A stretch of 64,000 bases of DNA, from the IMG/VR virus record IMGVR_UViG_3300025424_000296, positions 32,001-96,000 of that record. One strand, 5' to 3'. The notes under the pieces were generated by a model. It made no database searches and had not been told where the DNA came from. It saw nothing but the letters and a program-made list of their open reading frames with translations. Shown here piece after piece: positions 31,113 to 40,833 of this stretch. A program made the position numbers and the translations under genes. How positions within the stretch are numbered: the first letter of the stretch is position 1; each line of letters begins with the position of its first letter. This DNA is from a virus.

Positions 31113-31176
31113 ATCCTTAATTTATTGACTTTGTAACTTTTATTACAAAATAATAAATGATCAAGGAGGAAAGACC

Positions 31177-31368
31177 ATGAATAAGATTTTAATCACACTA
31201 ATAGTATCACTATTTGCTACATCTGTTGTGGCACTAACCGTCATACCGGCAGCAGTAAAAACTTCAAATGATGTTGCAGTTTCCAAACCAGCTGCTAAAT
31301 CCCACACAGGAACTTGGTTGCCACCAAAAGAAATACAAGACAAGGTTGCAAAAGAAAAACAAAAATAA
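31177..31368 (+). CDS. Small secreted protein
   Basis: AGGAGG RBS; signal peptide. Confidence 0.6.
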   Translation: MNKILITLIVSLFATSVVALTVIPAAVKTSNDVAVSKPAAKSHTGTWLPPKEIQDKVAKEKQK

Positions 31369-31382
31369 TATACTTTAAAGAT

Positions 31383-31458
31383 GCTGGTGTAGCTCAGTTG
31401 ATAGAGCGCGGCATTAGTAATGCCGATGTCGGGAGTTTGAACCTCTCCACCAGCACCA
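31383..31458 (+). tRNA. tRNA-Thr(AGT)
   Basis: GCTGGTG/CACCAGC acceptor, CGGCA-TTAGTAA-TGCCG anticodon arm, CCA; D-loop and T-loop slightly non-canonical. Confidence 0.8.
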
Positions 31459-31463
31459 CCTTA

Positions 31464-31590
31464 GCCCTTGTAGCCCAACTGGCAGAGGCAGGAGACTTAC
31501 GAGAAAGGGTTAAAGCCCATAACGGTGCGATTCCGGAATCTCGGAGATAAAATCTCCCAAGTATCAGTTCGAATCTGATCAAGGGCACCA
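31464..31590 (+). tRNA. tRNA-Leu(TAA) interrupted by a 50-nt insert (31500-31549) in the anticodon loop
   Basis: GCCCTTG/CAAGGGC acceptor, GGAGA-CTTA[insert]AAA-TCTCC, ATCAG-TTCGAAT-CTGAT T-arm, CCA. Confidence 0.85.
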
Positions 31591-31660
31591 GAAATTATAA
31601 GTCCGACCGCTGGTATCACAACTTCAATAAGTAGTATTAGTACAACTTGTGAGATTTTTA

Positions 31661-31840
31661 ATGAAAGACCGTGTAATTTTAACAACATTTTTGATTTTAA
31701 TTCTAGCAATGGCATTGGTAGGATGTAATTCAGTTGAGAACATTGATACTAACGGCTATTACACTCATAGCAACAGTATAACTCAACATGTTTGTCCGGT
31801 GCAGGTTAGACATAACGTCGTTAAATGGTTACCATGCTGA
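31661..31840 (+). CDS. Putative lipoprotein
   Basis: LVGC lipobox. Confidence 0.55.
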   Translation: MKDRVILTTFLILILAMALVGCNSVENIDTNGYYTHSNSITQHVCPVQVRHNVVKWLPC

Positions 31841-31877
31841 TATTGTAATCAGTTGTATGTTAACCTATACTTGATAC

Positions 31878-32234
31878 ATGATTACAACAACTATATTACT
31901 ATTGGGCACAGTCGTATGGCTTATTCTAACTATAATTGTTTTTGGTTTAACTGGATTTGATAGAATTTTGGCATGCTTGCAAATGTGGTTTGATAGAAAA
32001 TATTGGACCGGTTATAATCTAGTTGAAGCAACAAGTTATGCAGCTAAGGCTATTGTAATTGTCCCTGGATTAATATGGGGCATACAATTTTGGTGGTTTT
32101 ATATATTAACCTTAATAACAAGTTTAAGTTTAATTTGGTCTAGTAATCGAAAGTTATTACCTACTCTTGTTGTATTTAACACAGTCTGGGTGTGGGTTAG
32201 TGTAATGGCTATTGCAAAATATTTTTTCTCATAA
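31878..32234 (+). CDS. Multi-pass membrane protein
   Basis: About 4 hydrophobic segments; leaderless-type promoter. Confidence 0.7.
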   Translation: MITTTILLLGTVVWLILTIIVFGLTGFDRILACLQMWFDRKYWTGYNLVEATSYAAKAIVIVPGLIWGIQFWWFYILTLITSLSLIWSSNRKLLPTLVVFNTVWVWVSVMAIAKYFFS

Positions 32235-32305
32235 TTATATTTTTATTTTGCATTATTATACCATATTATGGTAAAATTTTCAAGTTATCTAATAAGGAAA
32301 AATAA

Positions 32306-33529
32306 ATGGAAAAGTTATTAGAACTTGGAAATCATTATGTTAGTGATTTTATTAAACCTAACGATCAATTGAGAAATGCCAACAAGTACAGTCTAGACGT
32401 ATATTTAGATGATGCAATTGGTGCAGCTCGTCTTAAAGAGACCCCGCCAGCAGAAAGTATGTGGGGGCAGTATTGGTATCGTTCTGGTATCAATGCCAGT
32501 ATGACCAAACAGTTGGGTCAGATCGTTGATGAAATATCAGGTAGAATTAAACTAAATGACGGCGACATTTGGTTAGATATTGCTTGTAATGACGGAACAC
32601 TGTTAAAGCAACTTCCTGATAATTTAATCAAGTTGGGGATTGATCCAGCTGATGACAGTTACCATGCAGAAAGTAGCAGGGTTGCCACAAAGGTTGTACA
32701 GGACTATTTCAGTGAGTCGGCATATCAACGCACAGGGTACGGTGATCGCAAGGCCAAGGTAATAACATGTATAGCTATGTTTTACGATTTAGATAATCCC
32801 CGTCCATTTATCAGAGACATACATAAAGTATTAGATGACAATGGTGTTTTTGTTGTTCAAATGAGTTATACACCCTTAATGCTTAAACAGTTGGCATTTG
32901 ATAATATTTGTCACGAGCATGTTTATTATTATAGTCTTACCAGTATCAAGAGACTATTTGAGTCTGAAGGATTTGTTGTACGTGATTGTAGTCTAAATGA
33001 TACTAATGGTGGTAGTTTCCGAGTATACCTACAGAAGAATACCAGCGACTACACCAAGTTTTCTACTGCACCACAGCGTGATGTGTTTGACTTCCAGGTC
33101 GAAAGTATTCTCAAGTTAGAAGCTACAAAATGGGATATTGGTAATCCTGATCTTTGGATTAGTTTTGGTAATCAAATAAACGCTCTTAAGACTCAAGTAT
33201 TAGAATTTCTACACCAGGCTAAACGTGAAGGCAAGACTGTATATGGATATGGTGCCAGCACCAAGGGCAATACACTACTACAATTGTTTGGAATTGATAA
33301 TACTTTAGTAACTGCTATTGCAGAACGCAGCCCATATAAGTTTGGATTACAAACCGTTGGTACTAACATTCCTATAGTAAGTGAAGAAGAAATGCGAGCT
33401 GCAAAGCCAGACTATCTCTTAGTTCTACCTTGGCACTTTATTAATGAATTTGTTGCTAGAGAACAAGAGTTTATATCAGGTGGTGGTAAATTAGTAGTAC
33501 CATGTCCGCGCTTTGAGATTTTTGGATAA
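32306..33529 (+). CDS. NDP-sugar C-methyltransferase-like protein
   Basis: YWYRSG, LDIACNDGTLL, FDNICHEH, GGSFR, YGASTKGNT, LVLPWHF. Confidence 0.85.
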   Translation: MEKLLELGNHYVSDFIKPNDQLRNANKYSLDVYLDDAIGAARLKETPPAESMWGQYWYRSGINASMTKQLGQIVDEISGRIKLNDGDIWLDIACNDGTLLKQLPDNLIKLGIDPADDSYHAESSRVATKVVQDYFSESAYQRTGYGDRKAKVITCIAMFYDLDNPRPFIRDIHKVLDDNGVFVVQMSYTPLMLKQLAFDNICHEHVYYYSLTSIKRLFESEGFVVRDCSLNDTNGGSFRVYLQKNTSDYTKFSTAPQRDVFDFQVESILKLEATKWDIGNPDLWISFGNQINALKTQVLEFLHQAKREGKTVYGYGASTKGNTLLQLFGIDNTLVTAIAERSPYKFGLQTVGTNIPIVSEEEMRAAKPDYLLVLPWHFINEFVAREQEFISGGGKLVVPCPRFEIFG

Positions 33530-33601
33530 TCAAGTGTACTAGACAACATCTTCTTTTTCAGTTATAATGAAAAATTATCAACTGAAAAAGAAGGAAATGT
33601 T

Positions 33602-34093
33602 ATGATTAAATTATCTAAATTTGTAGTAGCTGCTATTGTTGTTATTGCAATGTGTGGTCCTGACACAGCATCGGCAGATCCAATTACAGATCTTTTTGAC
33701 GGAGTTTTTCATCAAACTCGCAATCAACCTGTTGCCAATAATGGTCGTCGAGGACATCATTCAGTAACAGCAGAGCCTGCTGATAATAATTGGGTTGCTA
33801 CTACATCTTCACATAGCGGGTCGCGCATGGTTGCTTCATACTACGGACACGGTGAGCGTTTAAGTCGTCATACTGCTAGCGGTCAGCGTTTTAATCCTCA
33901 TGCCATGACAGCAGCTCATCGTACATATCCATTTGGAACACGACTACATGTTTGTCACCGCGGGTGTGTCACTGTAGTAGTCAATGACCGCGGGCCGTTT
34001 GTTCGAGGACGTCATTTAGATTTATCATATGGTGCTGCTCGTGCAATTGGTATGACCAGTACTTCAACAATTACTGTGCAACGATTAGATTGA
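33602..34093 (+). CDS. RlpA-like (DPBB) lytic transglycosylase
   Basis: ASYYG, TASGQRF, TAAHRTYPFGT, VNDRGPF, LDLSYGAA. Confidence 0.9.
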   Translation: MIKLSKFVVAAIVVIAMCGPDTASADPITDLFDGVFHQTRNQPVANNGRRGHHSVTAEPADNNWVATTSSHSGSRMVASYYGHGERLSRHTASGQRFNPHAMTAAHRTYPFGTRLHVCHRGCVTVVVNDRGPFVRGRHLDLSYGAARAIGMTSTSTITVQRLD

Positions 34094-34153
34094 TATAAAA
34101 TAACCAATATGGTGGGACTTGATTTTCCCACCATATTGCTCTATAATAGCATG

Positions 34154-34588
34154 ATGAGACACTTACATGTTATAATAGATATTAATGATCCATTAACACA
34201 GTTAATCAAAGATGATCCTGTTCGTCCTGAAATACCTGTAGAACAACGTATTAGTAACACCAAAGAAGTACATGTTCTATTAGAAGATGATACCCCATTA
34301 GCTGTTGTTTGTGTAAGTTATCAAGACTTTGTACCAAAAATAACTGAAGAATTATTTGGATCAAACAAACCAACTGTTGCTGTATTTTATACTATTTGGA
34401 GTTATGGGTCAGGTGCTGCTAAAGAACTTTTGTCAAGATCTACTGATTACATTAAGAACAGTAGAACAACTATTTCCAGATTTGTAACCCTCAGTCCAAA
34501 AACTCAAATGGCTGAAAAATTTCATATGGGCAATGGTGCTGTATTACTAGAAAATAATGCTGATACTGTGAATTATGAATATCTATAA
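34154..34588 (+). CDS. Conserved phage hypothetical protein
   Basis: DDPVRP, FYTIWSY, VTLSPKT motifs; TATAAT 6 nt before ATG. Confidence 0.7.
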   Translation: MRHLHVIIDINDPLTQLIKDDPVRPEIPVEQRISNTKEVHVLLEDDTPLAVVCVSYQDFVPKITEELFGSNKPTVAVFYTIWSYGSGAAKELLSRSTDYIKNSRTTISRFVTLSPKTQMAEKFHMGNGAVLLENNADTVNYEYL

Positions 34589-34952
34589 GTTAGTGGTCAA
34601 CATGTCTAGAATAACACTTATTTGTTTATTGTTTCTTATACTTATTGGAATATTTTCTAAAGATCAAACAGAATCTGACAAACTCAATGTTAGTTGTTAT
34701 ACCAAAAATCAGTTAGATACTATAATAGATAATAGAAAATTTCAAACTTTTACACAGTCATTCTACGATAATGGTAAAGTACTTGAAATAATGATTACGC
34801 CACTATTTAATAAAGAAATTATAACAATTGAATATGTTCGTGGTACATCTAACTATTGTATTACATCAATTACTCATGGCACTACAATAAATGAGGAATG
34901 GATAGAAATATTGTATAATACTTTACAAAAAATAAAAGGTCTCAAAGTTTAA
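34575..34952 (+). CDS. Hypothetical membrane-anchored protein
   Basis: N-terminal TM segment. Confidence 0.6.
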   Translation: MNIYKLVVNMSRITLICLLFLILIGIFSKDQTESDKLNVSCYTKNQLDTIIDNRKFQTFTQSFYDNGKVLEIMITPLFNKEIITIEYVRGTSNYCITSITHGTTINEEWIEILYNTLQKIKGLKV

Positions 34953-35015
34953 GTTTTAAACTCGGTGGATTATAAATATGGTGTGTTTATAATAAACACT
35001 GTAAGGAGAATTACC

Positions 35016-35261
35016 ATGAATTTAGAGGGATATAAAACATATATAGTTGCGGCCCTCATGGCTGCATTGCCAACTATAACAACCGCTGTTAATCATATTG
35101 ATTGGGTTACAGTACTAACTGGATTGGGTGTTCAAAAGGAGTGGATCGTACCACTTGCAAGTTTCGCAGCAGCAGTGGTTATGGCCATAATGAGAAAAAT
35201 TACTCAGGCTACGACTGTTAAGACTGCATTAGAAACAGAGCCTCCAAAAAAGCAGGGTTGA
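35016..35261 (+). CDS. Small late membrane protein, holin-like
   Basis: TATAAATA at 34971, AAGGAG RBS, GYKTYIVA, two hydrophobic segments. Confidence 0.55.
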   Translation: MNLEGYKTYIVAALMAALPTITTAVNHIDWVTVLTGLGVQKEWIVPLASFAAAVVMAIMRKITQATTVKTALETEPPKKQG

Positions 35262-35332
35262 CAAAACGCTAAAAAACACTATATTTAAACTTTAGCATTG
35301 GCATGATGATGAGTCTGTAAGACCTGTGTTAT

Positions 35333-35407
35333 GTTCCGGTGCCAGAGTAGTTATGGAGCAGACTGCAAATCTGTTTTAGGTGGGTGCAAGTCCCTCCCGG
35401 AACTCCA
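35333..35407 (+). tRNA. tRNA-Cys(GCA)
   Basis: GTTCCGG/CCGGAAC acceptor, GCAGA-CTGCAAA-TCTGT anticodon arm, U73, CCA. Confidence 0.85.
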
Positions 35408-35414
35408 AATTTAT

Positions 35415-35491
35415 AGCGGGGTAGAGCAGAAGCAGCTCGCTTGGTTCATACCCAAGAGGTCGTGGTAGAGCATTTCCCACCCCCGCTTCCA
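35415..35491 (+). tRNA. tRNA-Met(CAT), initiator-like, with aberrant T-loop
   Basis: AGCGGGG/CCCCGCT acceptor, CTTGG-TTCATAC-CCAAG, CCA; T-loop reads TAGAGCATTTC. Confidence 0.7.
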
Positions 35492-35511
35492 TTTTTAGTA
35501 GAGGTGAGTAA

Positions 35512-35625
35512 ATGAGTTTAGATACTTTCTTTGTTTTTAGTGCAATTACAACTTTAGGAGTTACAATACTTTTAACACTGTGTTGGATCGGACTTGCTGT
35601 ATATGATCATTTGAAAAATACATAA
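35512..35625 (+). CDS. 37-aa single-TM microprotein
   Basis: GAGGTG RBS. Confidence 0.5.
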   Translation: MSLDTFFVFSAITTLGVTILLTLCWIGLAVYDHLKNT

Positions 35626-35649
35626 TACACGGTGATAATGGAGAGTAAC

Positions 35650-37347
35650 ATGGAATACAAGGCCCCAGTTGATAGTGTTTTATTTCTACTACGAGATGTG
35701 TTAAAATTTGATAGTGATATTACTGAAGCTATTTTAACTGAGGCTGCTAAATTAGCCGAGGAATCAATTGCTCCTACTAATCAACAGGGCGACGAAGCGG
35801 GATGTTTCTTAGTCAATGGACCAGGATTAGAACGCCCAGAAGTGGTAACACCGGCATCATTTAAAGAACCATGGAAGCAATTTTGCAAGGGTGGTTGGCT
35901 GGGATTATCAGTACCCGAAGAGTATGGCGGACAGGGATTACCATATACCATTGCTTGTGTTATTAATGAGTTTGTATCCAGCGCCAATATGGCTTTAAGT
36001 CTTTATCCCGGTCTGACTCGCGGTGCTATTCAAGCATTGCTAGAGGTAGCAACAGAGGAACAGAAACAACAATTTATTCCCAAAATGGCCACCGGTGAGT
36101 GGACAGGTACTATGAACCTAACAGAACCGCACTGTGGAACTGATCTGGGATTGCTTAAAACCAAAGCAACAGTTAGTGAGAATGGTACATATAACATAAC
36201 TGGACAAAAGATCTTTATCAGTTGTGGCGAACACGATCTCAGCAAGAATATCATTCACCTTGTGCTGGCAAGAGTAGAAGGTGATCAACCGGGGACAAAA
36301 GGTATTAGTTTATTCATTGTTCCCAAAATGATTGATGATCAGTATAATGCAGTATCGTGTGGCTCTATTGAACATAAGATGGGTATTCACGGGTCAAGTA
36401 CCTGTGTTATGAACTATGACGGGGCCGTTGGGTATCTTGTAGGTGAACGTGGTAAAGGTTTAAATGCCATGTTTATCATGATGAATGAAGCGCGACTAGG
36501 AGTTGCAGTACAGGGATTATCACAAAGTGAATTGGCTTACCAAAATGCTGTTGCATATGCTAAAGATAGACTCCAGGGGCGTTCGCTTACTGGTGCAAAG
36601 TTTCCGGACCGAGCAGCCGATCCTATTATTGTTCACCCTGATGTGCGTCGTATGCTTATGGATATTAAGGCTGTAAATGAAGCTGGACGTCTTTTGATAT
36701 TAGAAGCAGCTTTGCTATGTGAAGATAAGTCAGATGCTGCACAAGACAGATTAGGATTGATGACTCCGATTCTTAAAGGTCTTCTTACAGATTTGGGATT
36801 CGAAAATGCTGTAAAGGCACAGCAGGTATTCGGCGGACATGGTTATATTCGAGAATGGGGTATGGAACAAATTGTTCGTGACGCTCGTATTGCTCAAATA
36901 TACGAGGGTGCCAATGGTGTTCAAGCTATGGATTTAATTGGGCGTAAACTTCCAAAGAATATGGGCCGTGCAGTTAAGAACTTTTTTGATGAAAATGAAA
37001 AGATTCTCATCGACTTCATGCTTGATCCGCTTACAACAGTATCTCCTATAGCGACAGATGTATATGGAGCATTAAACGACCTAAAGGCAGCAACTAAATG
37101 GTTGATGCAAAATGCACTTAAAAATCCCAATAATGCTGGATCTGCTGCTTATGATTACATGTACTTGTTTGGTATTGTGTTGCTGGGACTTGCGCATGTT
37201 AAGATAGTTGCTGCCACTGATGATGCGGATAGACACATAACAGCCAAATATTTCATTGAACGTATTTTACCAGAAACTAAATTACGTCTCTCCCGTATCC
37301 AAGCAGGATCAGGTACAATGATGTCATTGAGTGACACTGGTTTTTGA
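35650..37347 (+). CDS. Acyl-CoA dehydrogenase
   Basis: GTMNLTEPHCGTDLG, GQKIFIS, EHKMGIHGS, QVFGGHGYI.E, IYEGANGVQA. Confidence 0.95.
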   Translation: MEYKAPVDSVLFLLRDVLKFDSDITEAILTEAAKLAEESIAPTNQQGDEAGCFLVNGPGLERPEVVTPASFKEPWKQFCKGGWLGLSVPEEYGGQGLPYTIACVINEFVSSANMALSLYPGLTRGAIQALLEVATEEQKQQFIPKMATGEWTGTMNLTEPHCGTDLGLLKTKATVSENGTYNITGQKIFISCGEHDLSKNIIHLVLARVEGDQPGTKGISLFIVPKMIDDQYNAVSCGSIEHKMGIHGSSTCVMNYDGAVGYLVGERGKGLNAMFIMMNEARLGVAVQGLSQSELAYQNAVAYAKDRLQGRSLTGAKFPDRAADPIIVHPDVRRMLMDIKAVNEAGRLLILEAALLCEDKSDAAQDRLGLMTPILKGLLTDLGFENAVKAQQVFGGHGYIREWGMEQIVRDARIAQIYEGANGVQAMDLIGRKLPKNMGRAVKNFFDENEKILIDFMLDPLTTVSPIATDVYGALNDLKAATKWLMQNALKNPNNAGSAAYDYMYLFGIVLLGLAHVKIVAATDDADRHITAKYFIERILPETKLRLSRIQAGSGTMMSLSDTGF

Positions 37348-37350
37348 TAC

Positions 37351-37545
37351 ATGGATGAATTAGATCAGATATTATTAGATCAACTTAAATCTTTAAAAAG
37401 AAGAGTTGACCTGGTATCAAAAAAAACTCTAACAGTTGCTGGTATATCAATACAACTGCCAGACGATTTTGATGAGTTAGACATGGTAAGAGACCAGATT
37501 CTTTTAAAAATACAATTTTTTGAGAACATGTTAAAGAGTGACTAA
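37351..37545 (+). CDS. Hypothetical protein
   Basis: ORF abutting the acyl-CoA dehydrogenase gene. Confidence 0.55.
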   Translation: MDELDQILLDQLKSLKRRVDLVSKKTLTVAGISIQLPDDFDELDMVRDQILLKIQFFENMLKSD

Positions 37546-37601
37546 CGATCATATAATTATTCATTTTGATAAGTATGTGGTATGAAATTGGGAGAGCTCT
37601 T

Positions 37602-37760
37602 ATGAAAGTATTAGTTGTTGCAACTATATTTGTTATGCTTCAAAATGGCATGGGTCATCAACAAACAATCAAAATTGATCCAAGAGCTTGCGCTCATCCG
37701 ACATATCAAGCAGAAGTTGAAGGACAGCCTGCTACAGTTGGAATTAGGTGCCATAAATAA
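37602..37760 (+). CDS. Hypothetical protein
   Basis: GGAG RBS. Confidence 0.5.
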   Translation: MKVLVVATIFVMLQNGMGHQQTIKIDPRACAHPTYQAEVEGQPATVGIRCHK

Positions 37761-37808
37761 TTTTATTAAACCTTTACATTACTAATGGTAATGTTTATAT
37801 AATAGTAT

Positions 37809-38003
37809 ATGAAAACTTTTTATTTCAAATTAGCTCTGGCATTAGATAAGATCAGTAATCTCATGATCGAACATGCTAACAGATGGTATATCAAAAGTAA
37901 ATTTTCAAAATTAATCAAAGAATTTATATTTTTATTTTCAATTTTACCTGCTACATTATTATGTAATCTAGCACAATATTTTGAAAATAAATCTAAAAAT
38001 TGA
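37809..38003 (+). CDS. Hypothetical protein
   Basis: Promoter-proximal ATG. Confidence 0.45.
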   Translation: MKTFYFKLALALDKISNLMIEHANRWYIKSKFSKLIKEFIFLFSILPATLLCNLAQYFENKSKN

Positions 38004-38029
38004 GTCTAATGTCTCATAAGGAGGGAAAA

Positions 38030-38728
38030 ATGTACTCGAATTCTGCAAATAAGTCTGTAACTGCTACTCAATATGACGAGGGGTTACGACAGTTCATGCA
38101 AAGTGTGTTCAATAACATGGCCACAGGTCTTGCTATTAGTGCTGTTATATCATTTCTAGTTGGTACCAATCCAGAACTGTTAAAATTATTCTTTGCTGGT
38201 CCGCAACGTTGGGTTGTAATGCTAGCACCTTTGGCTATGGTATTCTTTATCAGCTTCAGAGTGCATACCATGAGACCGGAAACGGCAAGGCTATGGTTTT
38301 TTGCCTATGCAGCCGTAATGGGATTGAGTCTAGCAACTATATTTGTTGTATATAAGATGGGTAGTATTGTCACAGTGTTTTTTGCCAGTTCTGCCATGTT
38401 TGGCGGTATGGCATTATATGGTCACACTACCAAAAGAGATCTTACACAATTGGGATCATTCTTTATTATGGGTGTATGGGGTATAGTTATTGCAGGATTG
38501 ATTAATTTATTTTTCATGAGTTCTGTTGTAACCACTGCAATCAGTATCGTTGCTGTGGTATTATTTGCAGGACTAACTGCATATGATGTGCAAATGCTTA
38601 GAGCTATGTATGATGGGTTAGATTATGAAGACCGAGAACGGTCTGGAGTTATTGGTGCTCTGAGTCTTTACTTAGACTTTATCAACATGTTTATGAGTTT
38701 GTTACAGTTATTTGGAGAGCGCAAATAA
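38030..38728 (+). CDS. Bax inhibitor-1/YccA family membrane protein
   Basis: About 7 TM; YGHTTKRDL, FAGLTAYD, GALSLYLDFINMF; AAGGAGG RBS. Confidence 0.93.
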   Translation: MYSNSANKSVTATQYDEGLRQFMQSVFNNMATGLAISAVISFLVGTNPELLKLFFAGPQRWVVMLAPLAMVFFISFRVHTMRPETARLWFFAYAAVMGLSLATIFVVYKMGSIVTVFFASSAMFGGMALYGHTTKRDLTQLGSFFIMGVWGIVIAGLINLFFMSSVVTTAISIVAVVLFAGLTAYDVQMLRAMYDGLDYEDRERSGVIGALSLYLDFINMFMSLLQLFGERK

Positions 38729-38749
38729 TAAAATATTATTGTAATGTAA

Positions 38750-38784
38750 TATTTCCCAAGGTGCACAATACAGCTTGGGAAATA
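38750..38784. terminator. Probable bidirectional terminator between convergent genes
   Basis: ATTTCCCAAG...CTTGGGAAAT inverted repeat. Confidence 0.6.
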
Positions 38785-38847
38785 ACTTTTTATAAATATA
38801 TTATTTTAAATAATTGAATTTATTGAAAATAATTTTTAATTTTTATA

Positions 38848-40764
38848 TTATACTAACCTAATATGCAAAACTCCATTATTTTGATAAATTCCGTTTATCG
38901 GCACTCCTGCTGCTGCTGCTGTTACATCATCTGTTGCTGCAAGAATTCCTGGCATAATTGGATAATTTCCAGTTGGAGCTAGATATATTGTCCAAGCAAT
39001 TACTTCCACAGTTTCTCCACCTGTTAATGGTGTATTAAGAATAACTGATGTACCATTTGTTGCAGTATACGAATTGACTAGTAGTTTAGCACCGTTTACA
39101 TATATGTCTACGTAATTTATTGAATAATTTACTGTAAATGTAGTCTGTCCCGCTGAAGCAATGAAGTCTACTGCGGTATAGGATCCCACAGTTGGCGGAC
39201 CTTCTGGACCTGTTGGTCCTTGTATACCCGGTATACCTGTAACACCAATTGGACCTTGTGAGCCAGTTGGACCTTGTGAGCCAGTCGGACCTGTTACTGT
39301 ACTTGCTGCACCAGTTGGACCTGTTACTGTACTTGCTGCACCAGTTGGGCCAGTTACACCAAACCCAGTTGGACCAGTTGCACCTTGTATTCCCTGTGGA
39401 CCTGTCAATCCAGTTGGACCAGTATTGCCCTGTGGTCCGGTTGGACCTTGTATTCCCTGTGTGCCTATAGGACCTGTTGGTCCTAAGTTCCCGGGAACGC
39501 CCTGATTACCTTGTGTTCCTTGTGGCCCTGTTTGACCTACATTGCCTTGCAAACCAGTTGGACCAGTTGGACCAGTAGTTCCTGCCCCGCCGCCCCCGGC
39601 TGTTGTTTGAACTGTACCGTCAGAAAATTTGATACCAAATCCCTGAGTTCCGATAACTATGTTACCGCCATATACTGCTAATTTTCCAGATGATATTGAA
39701 ACTGTACCAATACCAACTGCTCCCTGAACTATCAATCCATTTGCAGGTGCTGTTGCTGAACCGGCATATGCACCACCACCTCCGATAACTGCACTGCCAC
39801 TAACGTCTAATGTGTTAACAGGGACGACGCCGTTTAGTCCAATACCACTAGATGTCCAAATTAACATTTGATTGCCACTTGGACTTGGACTTAGATAGCT
39901 ATAATTACTTGAAATGTTATAACCAATTGTAGCACCGACAGTGACACTTGTGCCAACTATAATTTGCGGATCAGCACTGTTTAATGTATCGAACAACGCT
40001 GGGGCATTACCTACAACATTTAGGGTTAATGAACTTGTATCATTTGTACCCACTGCCAACCTGTGGTTAGAATAGTCATAATAAAATTTATTACTATCTC
40101 CGGCGAAATTTGTTCCAGATGCATATTGTACTGCTCCATTACCACCAATAGCCGGACTTTCAAAACCAGCAGGGCCAGTTGCACCTGTGGATCCGGTTGG
40201 TCCAGAACCTTGTGGTCCTGTCCATCCTGTTGGACCTGTTACTATACTTGCCGGGCCTGTTGGACCCTGTGGTCCCGGCGGTCCTTGTAATCCATTATTA
40301 TTTGAAATATATTGCGGCGCTATAGCAGCAGGACTCACAGCACCGTAATTTAACAGTATTTTAATTACAGATCCAACAAGATTAGCATCCACGGGGGGCG
40401 GTATAATATATGTACGATCAACCCTGGCACGTATCCATATAAAGTTACCAGAAAAGCTGTAAGCAAAGTTACCGGTATCCCCTACTGCATCTCCATAGGC
40501 AGACAAGTCTCCAACTGGTTTAAATGGATTTTTTGGGAATTGCAAGTACTGTTGATTAGTTACCAGTGGTATTGGCACCCAGTCGCGGTCGGATGGAGTT
40601 CTTGCCAAGCTACCTTCTATATATATTCTACCAACAAAGTTATTCAATCCTATACTAACTGTATGGTTGTTACCTATTGTATTAGAATATCCGGCCCCTT
40701 GTTGTGGCTGACCAGTTACATTTAATTGGCCACTGGTTGTATCAAGTAGGGTAATACTTTGCAT
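38848..40764 (-). CDS. Collagen-like virion fibre protein
   Basis: GPTG/GPQG repeats; C-terminal GQTTF...VYVNG module; TAAATA at 40787. Confidence 0.85.
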   Translation of the reverse strand: MQSITLLDTTSGQLNVTGQPQQGAGYSNTIGNNHTVSIGLNNFVGRIYIEGSLARTPSDRDWVPIPLVTNQQYLQFPKNPFKPVGDLSAYGDAVGDTGNFAYSFSGNFIWIRARVDRTYIIPPPVDANLVGSVIKILLNYGAVSPAAIAPQYISNNNGLQGPPGPQGPTGPASIVTGPTGWTGPQGSGPTGSTGATGPAGFESPAIGGNGAVQYASGTNFAGDSNKFYYDYSNHRLAVGTNDTSSLTLNVVGNAPALFDTLNSADPQIIVGTSVTVGATIGYNISSNYSYLSPSPSGNQMLIWTSSGIGLNGVVPVNTLDVSGSAVIGGGGAYAGSATAPANGLIVQGAVGIGTVSISSGKLAVYGGNIVIGTQGFGIKFSDGTVQTTAGGGGAGTTGPTGPTGLQGNVGQTGPQGTQGNQGVPGNLGPTGPIGTQGIQGPTGPQGNTGPTGLTGPQGIQGATGPTGFGVTGPTGAASTVTGPTGAASTVTGPTGSQGPTGSQGPIGVTGIPGIQGPTGPEGPPTVGSYTAVDFIASAGQTTFTVNYSINYVDIYVNGAKLLVNSYTATNGTSVILNTPLTGGETVEVIAWTIYLAPTGNYPIMPGILAATDDVTAAAAGVPINGIYQNNGVLHIRLV

Positions 40765-40833
40765 CTGACACCTCTGAATTGTCAGATATTTATTAGTTAT
40801 TTTTGTTTTACTGTTTGGTACATTAAATGAAAA

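Noticed and set aside
31500-31549. Group I intron in tRNA-Leu(UAA)
   Set aside because: 50 nt is far too short; no P/Q/R/S core recognisable.
31314-31715. Track ORFs at 31314, 31394 and 31497
   Set aside because: They overlap the Thr and Leu tRNA genes and are spurious.
35301-35330. TGATGAGTC-tgtaa-GAC before tRNA-Cys, resembling a hammerhead core
   Set aside because: Lacks the conserved C3 and the GAAA after stem II; no stems I or III.
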